This document shows positions 52,051 through 64,000 of a stretch of DNA of 64,000 nt, piece after piece. Source of the DNA: Octopus vulgaris (taxonomy: Eukaryota). The translations under genes and the position numbers were made by a program. Position 1 is the stretch's first letter. Each line of letters begins with the position of its first letter. The notes beneath the pieces are model-generated. The model was not told the origin of the DNA. It made no database searches and saw nothing but the letters and a program-made list of their open reading frames with translations. The stretch lies in contig OX597825.1 of assembly GCA_951406725.2 (NCBI GenBank), positions 47,244,001-47,308,000 of the forward strand. Reading direction: 5' to 3'.

Positions 52051-53736
52051 ACACTTCACCCACCACCACCACCACCGCTCAAACTAACGAATATAATCAT
52101 GAAATGATGAACACAAAAATTGCTTCAGTATCGATAGCCTCACTAGCACCAACCACTGTGCTTGGATGATACTGATAAGTGCCAAATAACTGCAACCGTT
52201 CTGCCCTAGTGGTGCCGCCATCAGGATCAAGTGATTAAACGAGAGACATATCCAGACTGCCACACTGCAGTCCAAGAGATTAATCACTGCCTCGTGGAGT
52301 GTGCAGTATGTTTCTCAATTAGGCATAGTCATGGTGTATCAATGTCTCTGAGTGGTACCTGGTTGTTCGGCCCTGAAACTATTTGTTGAAACACTGCTCT
52401 ATTAGCACGAACCCATGATGTAATGTACGAATTCAAGAAGCATCTACAGCTTTTAAACGCCCTAATGATATCTATATATCTGAAAATACAATGAAGATCT
52501 ACCTTTAATAGTTCAAACATATTCTAAAATCGGTTGCATTAATAACAGTAATTGGATCCTACTTAAGCCAAATAATTTATTAGGAAAAGTTTCCCCATAG
52601 ACAACACAAATAATCTGATGGGAAGCGAAGCAGAAAGCTATAAAATATGTATTTGCAAAACACCAGATAAGATACCTGAAATGCTTCAAACGAGGCTAAA
52701 TATTTTTAGTAGGCAGTAATTAAATGATGTAACGATAAATGAATGCTTTAGCTACCACAATGGTTCACTAACGATGATGAATTAATTCTGGAACAGTTGA
52801 CAAATAAATGCATCTATTTTTCAAAGCCTAAAAGCAAATATCGTAATGCATGAAATTGTCGATATCTTTTGTTTTCGACATTTCCAATTCTCTACATGAA
52901 TTCGTCTATTTGCAATATTGTAGAAGAATACTAATCACTTATTCACTTTTGATTCAACAAAATAGCTAGTAGTGACATACATTTTTAATTTCCATGAATG
53001 CAAGTAAAATATACAAGGAACAGCGGGATTTCTCGTGATAATAAGGTAAAACTATTAATATTTAAAAATTATCCAACAAAAGATAAATATTCGAAGTTAA
53101 GTATCTGCTAGACGTGAAACAGGAGGTTCTGAAACACTTACAAGACAAACAAAATAGGAAATACATTGCAGGCAACTAGAATCTCATAATTTAACAAAAG
53201 ATAATATTTCCCTTTCTTTAAAGCATGTCAATTCTATCAAGTTCATATCCAATATCCCTTACTATAATAATCCACACGAAATAATAATTAATTTAGGTAT
53301 TGTATTCTAATTAATTTTAAATTATAATGCTGGACTTGTTTATACCTATGTTAACCGACGTTCGGCATTCTCGTCATCAAAAAGATTTTAATTTTAATCA
53401 CTCCGTTCTCTCAAAAATAGTTTATCTCAAGTTACATTACTCTATAAGTCATTTCTTTTTAAATCAGTTGAGTGCATTTCGTGACTTCTTCAAGCTCAAA
53501 ACTCATTAACTTATGAAGTTAAAAAAAAAGTAGTACTGTTGCTTAAAGGCATTTGTTGATATCTTAAAGATTTTAAGCCAACCTACATATTAGTCAGTTT
53601 CATCTGCAACATCACAGATCTAGTAACATCTTCAACAAAGATATGATGAGTGTATGCCTTTAATGGATAATAACATACAATACTTACACTTTTTAAATAG
53701 TAGCGGTGGAAATTAGTTGTTAGTTAATTGTAAGTG

Positions 53737-54885
53737 GCGCTCATTAAAAATTGCCCCTGACCCACTTCCCAAGGACTGAGATAAACGAAACTTGGCATAA
53801 TTATTAGTCCTTCTCTACAGAACAACCATCAATGTTGACACACTTTTCCCATCGCTTTATGTAGCTGTGAAGACCTTGTCCGTAGAAGTCGGTAGGTTGC
53901 TTCTGGAGCCAAGACTAACATCGGAAATAAGTTCATCCTCATTCGGAAAGCACTTCGCCGTAAAAAAATGACATCATGTTTGGCAAGAAGTGGAAGTCAG
54001 ATAGTGCAAGGTCGGGAGAGTAAGGGGAACGAGGAAGGATTTCATAGCCGCAGCAGTGTGTTTTCATCTGGATAATATGCGCATTGTGAACTGGGGTGTT
54101 TTCATGGAGGAGGGGTCTTCTTTGGTCAGTATGCAACGCCTCTCTGCTTTGATGGCATCCCGCATTTTCTGCAGCAGTGAAGCATAATAGTTAATTGTGG
54201 TGCCCTTTACCAGAAAATCCATCATCACTATTCCGTGCTGTTCCCAAAAGACTGTGAACATCATCTTGCCTGCTGAGGATTGGGCACGAGTCTTCTTTGG
54301 AGGTGGTGAATTATCATGATTCCATTGCTTCGGTTGGACTTTAGTCTCAGGATCATTGTGATGGACCCATGTTTAACCTTGTGTTAAATCTTCCGAAACT
54401 GTCCTCCTCGTTTTCTTGGTACATTGCCAAAAGAGCCTAGGAGCAATTGACTCGTTCCTGCTTCTGAAAAGGTGTGAATTTCCGGGGAATCTATTGTGCA
54501 GACAACTTCCGCATGTGCAAATTGTTGTGGATGATATTTTCCACGGATCCCTACTCTTATCTTCACTTCTTGGGCTAGTTATCGAGTAGTTATCCGGTGA
54601 TCCTCTAAAATGGCGGCTTCCACTTTATGGATGGTGTCGTCATCAATGACGAAATGTGGCAGTCCAGGAATAGGAACATTTTCCACCGATGCCCGACCAC
54701 ATTTGAACTGGCGTCACCATACGCTTCTTTCATCTCATCGAAAGTCTCTTTTGGTGTACGACCTTTCATGTATAAGAACCTGATCACTGATCTGCATTCA
54801 ACTGCCTCCATTATACCACCTTAGTCCACATCAGCAGCTACAAAAGACAAACGAATACCAGTGGAAAGCTGCAATTTACAATGTG
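53737..54885 (-). mobile_element. Decayed mariner transposon
   Basis: MEAVECRSVIRFLYMKG..; SAGKMMFTVFWEQHG; LLHENTPVH; PYSPDLALSDFHFLP. Confidence 0.92.
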
Positions 54886-54889
54886 ACAT

Positions 54890-55199
54890 GTCCACGACAA
54901 TTTGCACATGCGGAAGTTGTCTGCACAATAGATTCCCCGGTTACTCACACCTTTTCAGAAGCAGGAACGAGTCAATTGCTCCTAGGCTCTTTTGGCAATG
55001 TACCAAGAAAACGAGGAGGACATTTTCGGAAGATTTAACACAAGGTGAAACATGGGTCCATCTCAATGATCCTGAGACTAAAGTCCAACCGAAGCAATGG
55101 AATCATGATAAAGACATGTATAATTATACCTGCACAAGTTCCGTTTCGTGCAATAAGCGGAAGTGGGTCAGGGGAATTTTTAATGAACACCCCTCATAT
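54890..55199 (+). mobile_element. Inverted partial duplicate of the same mariner, ending in a second 3' terminus
   Basis: 54890-55110 is the reverse complement of 54311-54531; 55159-55190 is the reverse complement of ~53740-53769 and is followed by ACCCCTCATA. Confidence 0.85.
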
Positions 55200-55672
55200 A
55201 TCCACCACGAATAAATGGTATACGAATGTTGCTCTATTAGTTCAATAAATGAAACCCTGTATATATGATAAAACCTATTTGTGTTCCTCAAACATATCTA
55301 AGGTTACAGTTAGCAGTATTGATTGGAAAATCCGGTTGGCTATATCTGTAGTATCATGTTGTTGAATTGTACTGGCGATGTCTTTAGTTTATAAAAAGAA
55401 CATTAATTCGTTGTATATGGTGTAGATGTATAGTGATTAAGATTGTGGTTTACTTTAATAAGATTGGCTATTACTGCTGCATATAGTATTGGTATATACT
55501 TACTGAAATCATGTCTATTTTGCGTTTGCTTATGAGCTACACATGTTTAGCATTTTTGAATTTGTCTTGTGAATACGTTTTAAAATGCGTGACGTGGTTG
55601 TAATGTAGAATGAATTTATGCAGTTTATGTCGGTGTTGTAATTGTATGTTCTTATGAAGGGGAAATGGATGA

Positions 55673-55723
55673 GTCACCACTGATGAGCTTTCGTTCTAAG
55701 CGAAACTAAACTGGTATGGTGAT
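55673..55723 (+). ncRNA. Canonical type I hammerhead ribozyme, intact
   Basis: GUCACCA-CUGAUGA-GCUU-ucguucu-AAGC-GAAA-CUA-aac-UGG-UA-UGGUGAU; 7-bp stem I, 4-bp stems II and III; GUA triplet, predicted cut after 55716. Confidence 0.9.
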
Positions 55724-55950
55724 ATCAATCACTGTGGGTTGGTTATCTCCCCTGTCAGTGTATAGGCATGTGCTTCCTGCGGCTATAAGCGCTTTTAACT
55801 CATATTTCTGGCACTGACAGTCACAGTTAGTAACAAAAGAATTTTTCGTTTCTAGTTTTATATTGCCACCTTATATTGCCTTATATCTTTAGTTTTATAT
55901 TGCCGCCTTACTTTTATATAGCTGCCTTCGTTATTCTATATATGTATATA

Positions 55951-56452
<502 letters not shown>

Positions 56453-58462
56453 ATATAGAAATATATATATCATAATTACGGTTACTGTGGTGTGGTTGAA
56501 TATATATTGTTGATTTTAGTGTTGTTGGATACACTACTGTCTTTGTATTTGTGATTGTGGAGTTATTGAGTGTCTCTACTGAAGTGTTTACACTAATCAC
56601 TGTTTTGGTTTGGATGTGTCTATCGCCGTGTCTTTGTTGACGAATGACAATGATTCATTTATTTTAGTTTCATTTTAAGCTTTTGTCACACCTAACACAT
56701 TTCATGCTAAAATCATTATCTTTCGCATGATTTGTCTCAATCTTATGATTTTGACCCGAACATTTTACTTAAGTGTAAAAAAACGTTTCAAACACACACA
56801 CACACACACACATACATGTATATATAAATCCATCTATTAAATCAATTAGTCTATTTCCCTTCGTTTTCAGGCACACATTCTAGTTCACATGTTTTAAATA
56901 AAATTTTGCAATTTGTAATTCGATTCTTGTCAGAAAATCTAATTAATAATTTTATTCCATAAGTTTACGAAAAGAAAAAGAATGCTTGAAGGGACCAAAT
57001 TGTGTGGATACTTTAAAATATTATCCAAACCACTATGCGCATTCATACATGAAATGCAGAATTATCGATTAATTTAACCAATATGGAAGACAGAATATTT
57101 GGAGTTAATATTTTTAAATATTAAAAAAGAATACGAAAGACATGCTTTAATAATTATTTACACTTGGTAATTCTATTTTAGAAAACTATTCCGCAAATTA
57201 AATCTATCTTAAACATGTTGCGTCAAACCATATTTCGTAATATTGCTTTTATTTAATCTTTTTCTTCAGTGAATTGCTGTAATACATTGAAAGAATCGAA
57301 ATTCTATAGAGTTGTTGACGATATGTTATCATATGCAGCTAAGGGAATAGCGTGGAAATGAACGGAAATATATCGGTGAATTTTCTCTTTACACGTAGCT
57401 TTCCCCAGGTACTCCTACTGTTACGTCGTTACTTTTACAATAAAAGATATTTCCTTACTTGAACAAGCAAGTATTTTCATCTTTGTTTGGTTTCTATAAT
57501 AGGAACATCATAGCATTCAACATGTGCACAGTTTGATCTCTCCCTTTCCACACCTTTTTCTGTTTTAAAAACAACAATCTCAAATTCTTTTCATATACAG
57601 CCTTACACTGCATACAGTTTAAGAACGTTCCGTATACTGTGACATGCTGTCCTTATCTTCCAATTGTATTTTCGTCTATAATTAATTATTTAATTATTTT
57701 TATCTTTCAGTATTATTTTCTCTCTCTTCATGTAAAAATGATTTATCATCATCGAAAATCACTTAGTTCTTTTCTGCTGCTTTATCTCATTAAATATATT
57801 TAGACAGCCCTCAGGCCATGACTACCCTCATCATAAACCTGATATCAATAGCAACATCATTACTATTAATTCAACTATCGTACACCACTGCAACTAAGTT
57901 CACAACTGAGTGCATAGCTGAGTTTACGACTGATTTGATTGACAGTTTTCAAAGTGTTAATTCAAGATTCAGTATTTGTACCTAGTTATTCAATGAATGT
58001 ATGCCTCAATTGGCTCATCAGTAAATGGTGTTCTTGAATCAACACAATCTAAATCAGAATTATTAGTATAAGTAAAGTAAATTGGCTTCTACCGGAAATG
58101 ATGAAACATATAAGGCAACAAAAGGCGTTTAGTGATGGTTAGATTTGCTAACATTAGTAGTGAAATATTACTGTGTCTTCTTCACAACTGATGAAAATGT
58201 CAGACTGAACAGTTGTGATAAAATGTAAAATAATGGGACAGACAAGCCAGGACTGAATGCTTATCGAACGGTATATGTTCATCGTATGGGAATATTTTTT
58301 CCAACACACATGACCGATATCAGAAAGCGATGGTACAACAGACATCAAAACGTTTTAAAAAGGTGTTTTCAAAACACAAATACAAGCAAACAATTCCATT
58401 TATAAGGACATGTAAATGCTTTTCAGAACAGAAATAATAGCAGTAATAATTATTTCTTCTCT

Positions 58463-58738
58463 AGGCACAAGGCCTTGAAATTTTTGGAGGAAGTGGGCTA
58501 GTCGATTATACCGACTTCAGTGCGTAACTGGTATTTATTTCATCGACTCCAAAGCCCGAAATTTTGGGGGAGGGGCCTGTCGATTAGATCGCCCTCAGTA
58601 CGTAACTGGTACTTAATTTATCGACCCCGAAATTATGAAAGTCGACCTAGGCGGAATTTGAACTCAGAACATAAAGTCAGACGAAATACTGCTAGGCATT
58701 TCGCCCGGCGTGCTAACGTTTCTGCCAGCTCACCGCCT
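58463..58738 (-). mobile_element. Family-A SINE with a duplicated 3' core
   Basis: Matches 16430-16618; the block GTCGATT..CAGT.CGTAACTGGTA.TT..ATCGAC occurs twice. Confidence 0.8.
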
Positions 58739-60981
58739 TAATAACAGTAATAGCAACAATAACATCAGTTGAAACAGCAGCAACAACAAAAATAGGAAGT
58801 GCCGTGATTATCTCCTTTCTCAATGCCATGACGCCATATAGAATGTATTAAAAAAGTTCAGTCCTTAACATACGAAAATATGCTGTGGAAATATAATATA
58901 GTTTTCTTAATACTACGGCCTGGAAAATGAATATTTATCAAGCGAAATGATATTACACATCATTTCATGTCGAGAGAGCTTGCAAAACATTTCTACAACC
59001 ATAACACAAGATACTTCAATACCTAATTACACTCCAGCAAGGAAAGAATACTATATTACTACGGAGGAGTCATTATAACATCCATAACATCATGCAGCTA
59101 CCATAAAGGACAGTAGAATACGAATAGATTATAGCAGAGATTCCATGCAGCATAGAAAATTTAAAAGAAACGGCAATACAGTGGACATCAATAAAATAAG
59201 CACATACATATGTATGTATATAACAATTGACCTTGTCAACCGTCCCAGGAGGCATTATACCATAATACTCTCCGAAATTACAAAACTGAGGAACGTTTCG
59301 TTACATGCAAAAACATTGTAATTCTCAAAGAATATCGATGAGACGTAATGTAATAGAATAGCCATATAAATAAAATTAGTTTACATTCTAAACAACCATT
59401 ACCAGTACACATACACCTGAGTCACAACGCTAAGTACAAACCCTGTTCCAAGCCATCACCCCTAGCCAATACAGTGACAGAGAAAACAATCGGCTAAATA
59501 TCCTTTCATTTTCTACCAGACGTATCTCGATGCAAAGAAAAAACTCTCATACAAACTTCGAATTAAACCAGTCGGGAAAATGCTACCAAGAAAAGAAAGT
59601 TCGCAAAATGCAATGACAAACCATTAGCAACAACAGATTGTTCAGTAACAATAGTATAGTTAACAATACAACAATCACCAACATAAACACCACAGAATAC
59701 ATATTCAACAGTAACACAGTCACCAGCTACAATGTAATTCATGCAAGGATGCCACCACATTCACAAACATTGACATTGCAGAACATAATGTCAGCAACAC
59801 CACATAAACATTACTGTGCATACAGTCAGCAATAGCACAATCACCAACGTTGCTTGAAAATCATTATTAGATGCCCAGACACATATGCAACACTTATTCG
59901 TTCGGTCAACAATGGGCAGGGGAGCGTAGGAAAGTCAGTTCTAAATGTCAAAACATACATTTCTTCTGATAACTACATCTCACTTATTCAGGTCGGACAA
60001 GTATAAAGAACACCAACACATAGAAACAGCCGAACATTTATATCCTCATTAGCCCCAGAGACTATGTTCCCACCAATAACAAATGAAAAAGAGTACCAAC
60101 CAGTTGTTACTGTCTGATTGTGTCAATCTTACCCGCCTATGCTGTGGCCCTCTCCAGAGTCCATTGAAGTACAATCCTTACGCAACCGCTCAACCTGCTA
60201 GACATGATAACTAAATCGTCTTAAATCCTAAAATACCATCTAAAATGGGAGGAAATTGGAATAACATAGACCTAGATACACTACATTTGAATAGCAAGGC
60301 AGGGTATTCACGGATGGTATACCTTTGACGTGTCACTGCTTCGGATCCTGTTTGTGACATTGAGAGTCATCGTGACTAATACATTTTACAATTCTCTATC
60401 AAGCCTGTATGTAGGTACTGTATGTAGTACTGTTCATCATCATATATAACAACAATACTGTTCACTGGCATGAAATGCTACATTTGGCTCACATCATATC
60501 CAAAAGATTTATCTTTCCTTTGTTATCACCGGAAAAATCTTGAACCTATTATATTAAACAAATGAAATTATTACTAATTGAATAACACAATTTCACTAAA
60601 CAATAATTATTTATCAACATTTTGAATGGTGATACCTACTCCGAAAATTACTGCATTTTTAAAATGTTAATTAGGCCATTTTATAGAACTCCGAACGTAT
60701 TCCGCTGCAATACTCGACAGTGACAAAATATTTAGTATGCAGCTTATTTTTTCAGTTGAGAGTTTTCAATATAAAGTGGATAATTACACTGTCTGAGAGT
60801 GGTAGCTGAGGGAAATGAATTTTAAGTGAAAGCAAATAACGGACTTGCTATGAATCGAAAGCGTTTGACAGAAAGAAATCGATTGCCTGAAGCTAGAAAT
60901 AAATAAAATTCTCTTGAGAAATATTTGATGCTTACAAAATAAAAATTCTGTAAAAAACAAAGCAAAAAAAAACTCCTGATA

Positions 60982-61211
60982 TCTTTCGTTTGTTTCGGTC
61001 ATTATACAGTGGCTATGCTGGGGCACCACCTTGAAGGATTTATTAGGAAAAATAGACTACAGTGCTTATATTTTTTCAGGTCTGGTACTTACTCTATCCG
61101 CCTTTTCACGAACCACTAAGTTACGAAGGCGTAAACATGACAACACTGGTTGTCATGCAGTGGTGGGGACAAACGCAAACACATATACAGGCAGACAGAT
61201 ATACATACACT

Positions 61212-61244
<33 letters not shown>

Positions 61245-61425
61245 ACACACACACACACACAGATACACACACACACACACACACACACACGACGGGTTTC
61301 TTTCAATTTCTGTCTACCAAATCCACTCACAAGGCTTTGGTTGACCTATGCCATCCAGAAGAACTGAAGCCGGAACCATGCGGTTGAGAAGCTAACTTCT
61401 TACCATAGAGGCACGGTTGCACCTA
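60982..61425 (-). mobile_element. Family-B SINE
   Basis: Colinear with 37700-38082; internal (CA)n. Confidence 0.8.
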
Positions 61426-61680
61426 TATAAAGAATAATGGTATTTATTACTGAACCATTTCCAAAAATTTCTCACAAAGTTTATATTTACTAGCAGCACC
61501 CGTGAATATTTCAGAGAATTAATAGTAAACCTATTGGGTTATTCTTGACAACTTTATCTGAAAAGCCTGAAAGTGTAGCCTGTGTTATGTCCGTATCAAA
61601 AGATAGTTGCTCATCTGCTAATCATTGAAAAGTGAAGGAAACTGATATACAATGATTACTTGATGCGATTTATATATACT

Positions 61681-61945
61681 TTACTCTTTATACTTTTACT
61701 TGCTTCAGTCATTTGACTGTGGCCATGCTGGAGCACCTTTAGGAGACCAGATCGACCCCAAGATTATTTTTTGTAAGCCTAGTACTTATTCTATCGGTGT
61801 CTTTCGCCGAACCGCTAAGTTACGGGGACGTAAACACAACACCATCAGTTGTCAAGCCATGTTGGGGCGAAGGGCAAACACATGCACACAAACATATACA
61901 CATACATACATACATATATATACAAACTGAAAGAAGCCAGTCGTA
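61681..61945 (-). mobile_element. Family-B SINE, 3' half
   Basis: CAGTCATTTGACTGTGGCCATGCTGGAGCACC..AAGCCTAGTACTTATTCTATCGG..CCGCTAAGTTACGGGGACGTAAAC. Confidence 0.8.
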
Positions 61946-61953
61946 TATATATA

Positions 61954-62001
<48 letters not shown>

Positions 62002-62229
62002 CAAAGTGAGATAGAGGTTGTGAGTGTAACCCTCTATGGGATAACATATATCCAATATACTGCCAGTAAAGTTAATACATAAATACTAAGAATTGCAATG
62101 CAATTAATTCATTTATTGTATTATATGGGCGAAGGTAAAATGTTTTACCTAAAATTCATAAAACAAAATAGAAAATGGAGGAATAGACTTTAATCAATCA
62201 TCAACTACCAGATAATAGCCATTCACCAT

Positions 62230-63965
62230 CAATATTAAACACAATAATACAGAACAAAACAGTACACGTCAATGAGTAATATGATACCATAAGTACAATA
62301 CTTATAAATAAATATAAATAAATATAAATAAAAATATAAACTAGATCTTACAGTTGTTTCAGCCATGTAGATAGGAGTATCTCATTATGCTCATATTAGC
62401 CTGGTGTGTTAAGGTAATATGTGATTATAAATGAGATACTTACATATATATCCCAAGGCCTCTTCAGAGATTATAAAGTACAATTCAAATATGAATATAA
62501 GAGAAGGTACACATATACAAGAATAAGTACATATACATAATATACACATACACATAAGTGTATATACACATGCACCTACATATATATAAGTATATACATA
62601 ATAATATACATACATATAAGGTTACAGTTAGTCAGATCAATATATTATAATATACACACATACACATGAAAATGTACATATACAAAGTCCAGGGTTCATT
62701 GTATTAAGTTACAAAAGGCTATTAATATTATTATTATTATCATTAATAATAATACCAGTAAAAGAATATGTGCATTCCGCCATTCACAGTACATATTAGA
62801 TGGAAAATATCACATAGAATACAGCAACAGCATAATATAATAATATAATAACATATTAATATAATACAATACAATACATTATAGCTCAACAAACACATAT
62901 ATAATGAAAAACTATTCTTTTACATCATAGAAAAAACCAAAAGTGTGCATGCGTATACATACATACAAATCAGAGTTTGGACGGTGATTGATATTTATTA
63001 GCAGGTTTGCAAAAAATTTAAGCCTTAAAGCTCAATACGATTGGCAGGCACATTTGAATTTCAATAGTCTTATTTACACTTACATACATACACATGTATA
63101 TGCGCGCATACACATTCACACATAGATAAACCTAAGCGCAGGAAATATAAGTTTACATACACAGAGACATGCGTACATACATAACTGCATGCGTATATAT
63201 CCATATATACATATATATAAACAAATACATATGCCCAAAAGCAACCACGCACACATATATGTATATATATACATACACATACGTACTGTTAACTAAAATA
63301 ATATTAAGAATCATTAAAGTTAAGATAATACTAATTGTTAATACATCGAAAAAGGTTGTAATGTACAAAAAGAGGGGCCTAAAAGGGTAGAAAACGCAAG
63401 GATTAATATTAGGCAAAGGTTGGAAAATATTCAGATATAGTTTACAAGAGGGATATAAACTCAACATACACATTTGCAATGACTAGGGTAAAGAAAAAGT
63501 ACGTTATTTGCGAAAGATACATAATTAAAATTTACACCGATTATACCATAAAAAACCAAAACACTAAGCATGATAGATATGGATTACGTAATTTTTGATG
63601 GGCTGTGTATCGTGATTGGGTATACATGGTTGTGGTGGTAAATAGCTCCGGTTTTTTATTTGGTAGCTTTATTTGTTTTGTATATGGATGTGTGGTTTGC
63701 TAGGATAGGGTTTATACAGAATTGTAGTTGGAGCAAGCTCATACTTATAAGTGTTGATATCTGGACGGTTTCGTATTGTTTTGGTTTTTTATGGTATAAT
63801 CGGTGTAAATTTTAATTATGTATCTACATGGCTGAAACAGCTGTAAGATCTAGTTTATATTTTTATTTATATTTATTTATATTTATTTATAAGTATTGTA
63901 CTTATGGTATCATATTACTCATTGATGTGTACTGTTTTGTTCTGTATTATTGTGTTTAATCTTGA
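62230..63965. mobile_element. PLE-like remnant with nested inverted repeats
   Basis: 62230-62372 is inverted at 63820-63965; 63516-63563 is inverted at 63777-63825; hammerhead in the left arm. Confidence 0.7.
62345..62471 (-). ncRNA. Type I hammerhead with intact core and ~100-nt extended stem II
   Basis: AUCU-CUGAAGA-GGCC..AGUAUCUCAUU..AAUGAGAUACU..GGCU-GAAA-CAACUG-UA-AGAU; the partial mirror copy at ~63830-63850 has palindromic ACAGCUGU. Confidence 0.75.
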
Positions 63966-64000
63966 TGTTCCTATGTAGATGGTTAATAAATTATGTGAAT

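Noticed and set aside
59040-59880. A/C-rich stretch that might be a very old PLE or LINE remnant (also 36830-37200 and 52080-52520)
   Set aside because: Too degraded to assign motifs reliably by eye

Overview
AT-rich, microsatellite-dense eukaryotic DNA. The SINE, LINE and microsatellite repertoire looks like a cephalopod (octopus-like) genome; this is recognition from memory, not a search result. I can support only one host coding segment: a spliced terminal exon (8319-8650, +) of an FNDC4/FNDC5 (DUF4808)-like single-pass membrane protein. The rest is mostly decayed mobile DNA: CR1/Jockey-type, RTE and R4/Dong LINEs, several Penelope-like elements (PLEs) with tandem or inverted pseudo-LTRs, mariner and maT DNA transposons, a Helitron end and two tRNA-derived SINE families. 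Nearly all long ORFs in the track are microsatellite artefacts. The most striking non-coding signal is more than a dozen intact or decayed hammerhead ribozyme motifs in PLE-type repeats. One of them (18896-18953 +, mirrored at 17817-17874 -) has a complete catalytic core and three pairable stems, but its strands are in a non-circularly permuted order that fits none of hammerhead types I, II or III. All structures were paired by eye, and the boundaries of decayed elements are approximate.
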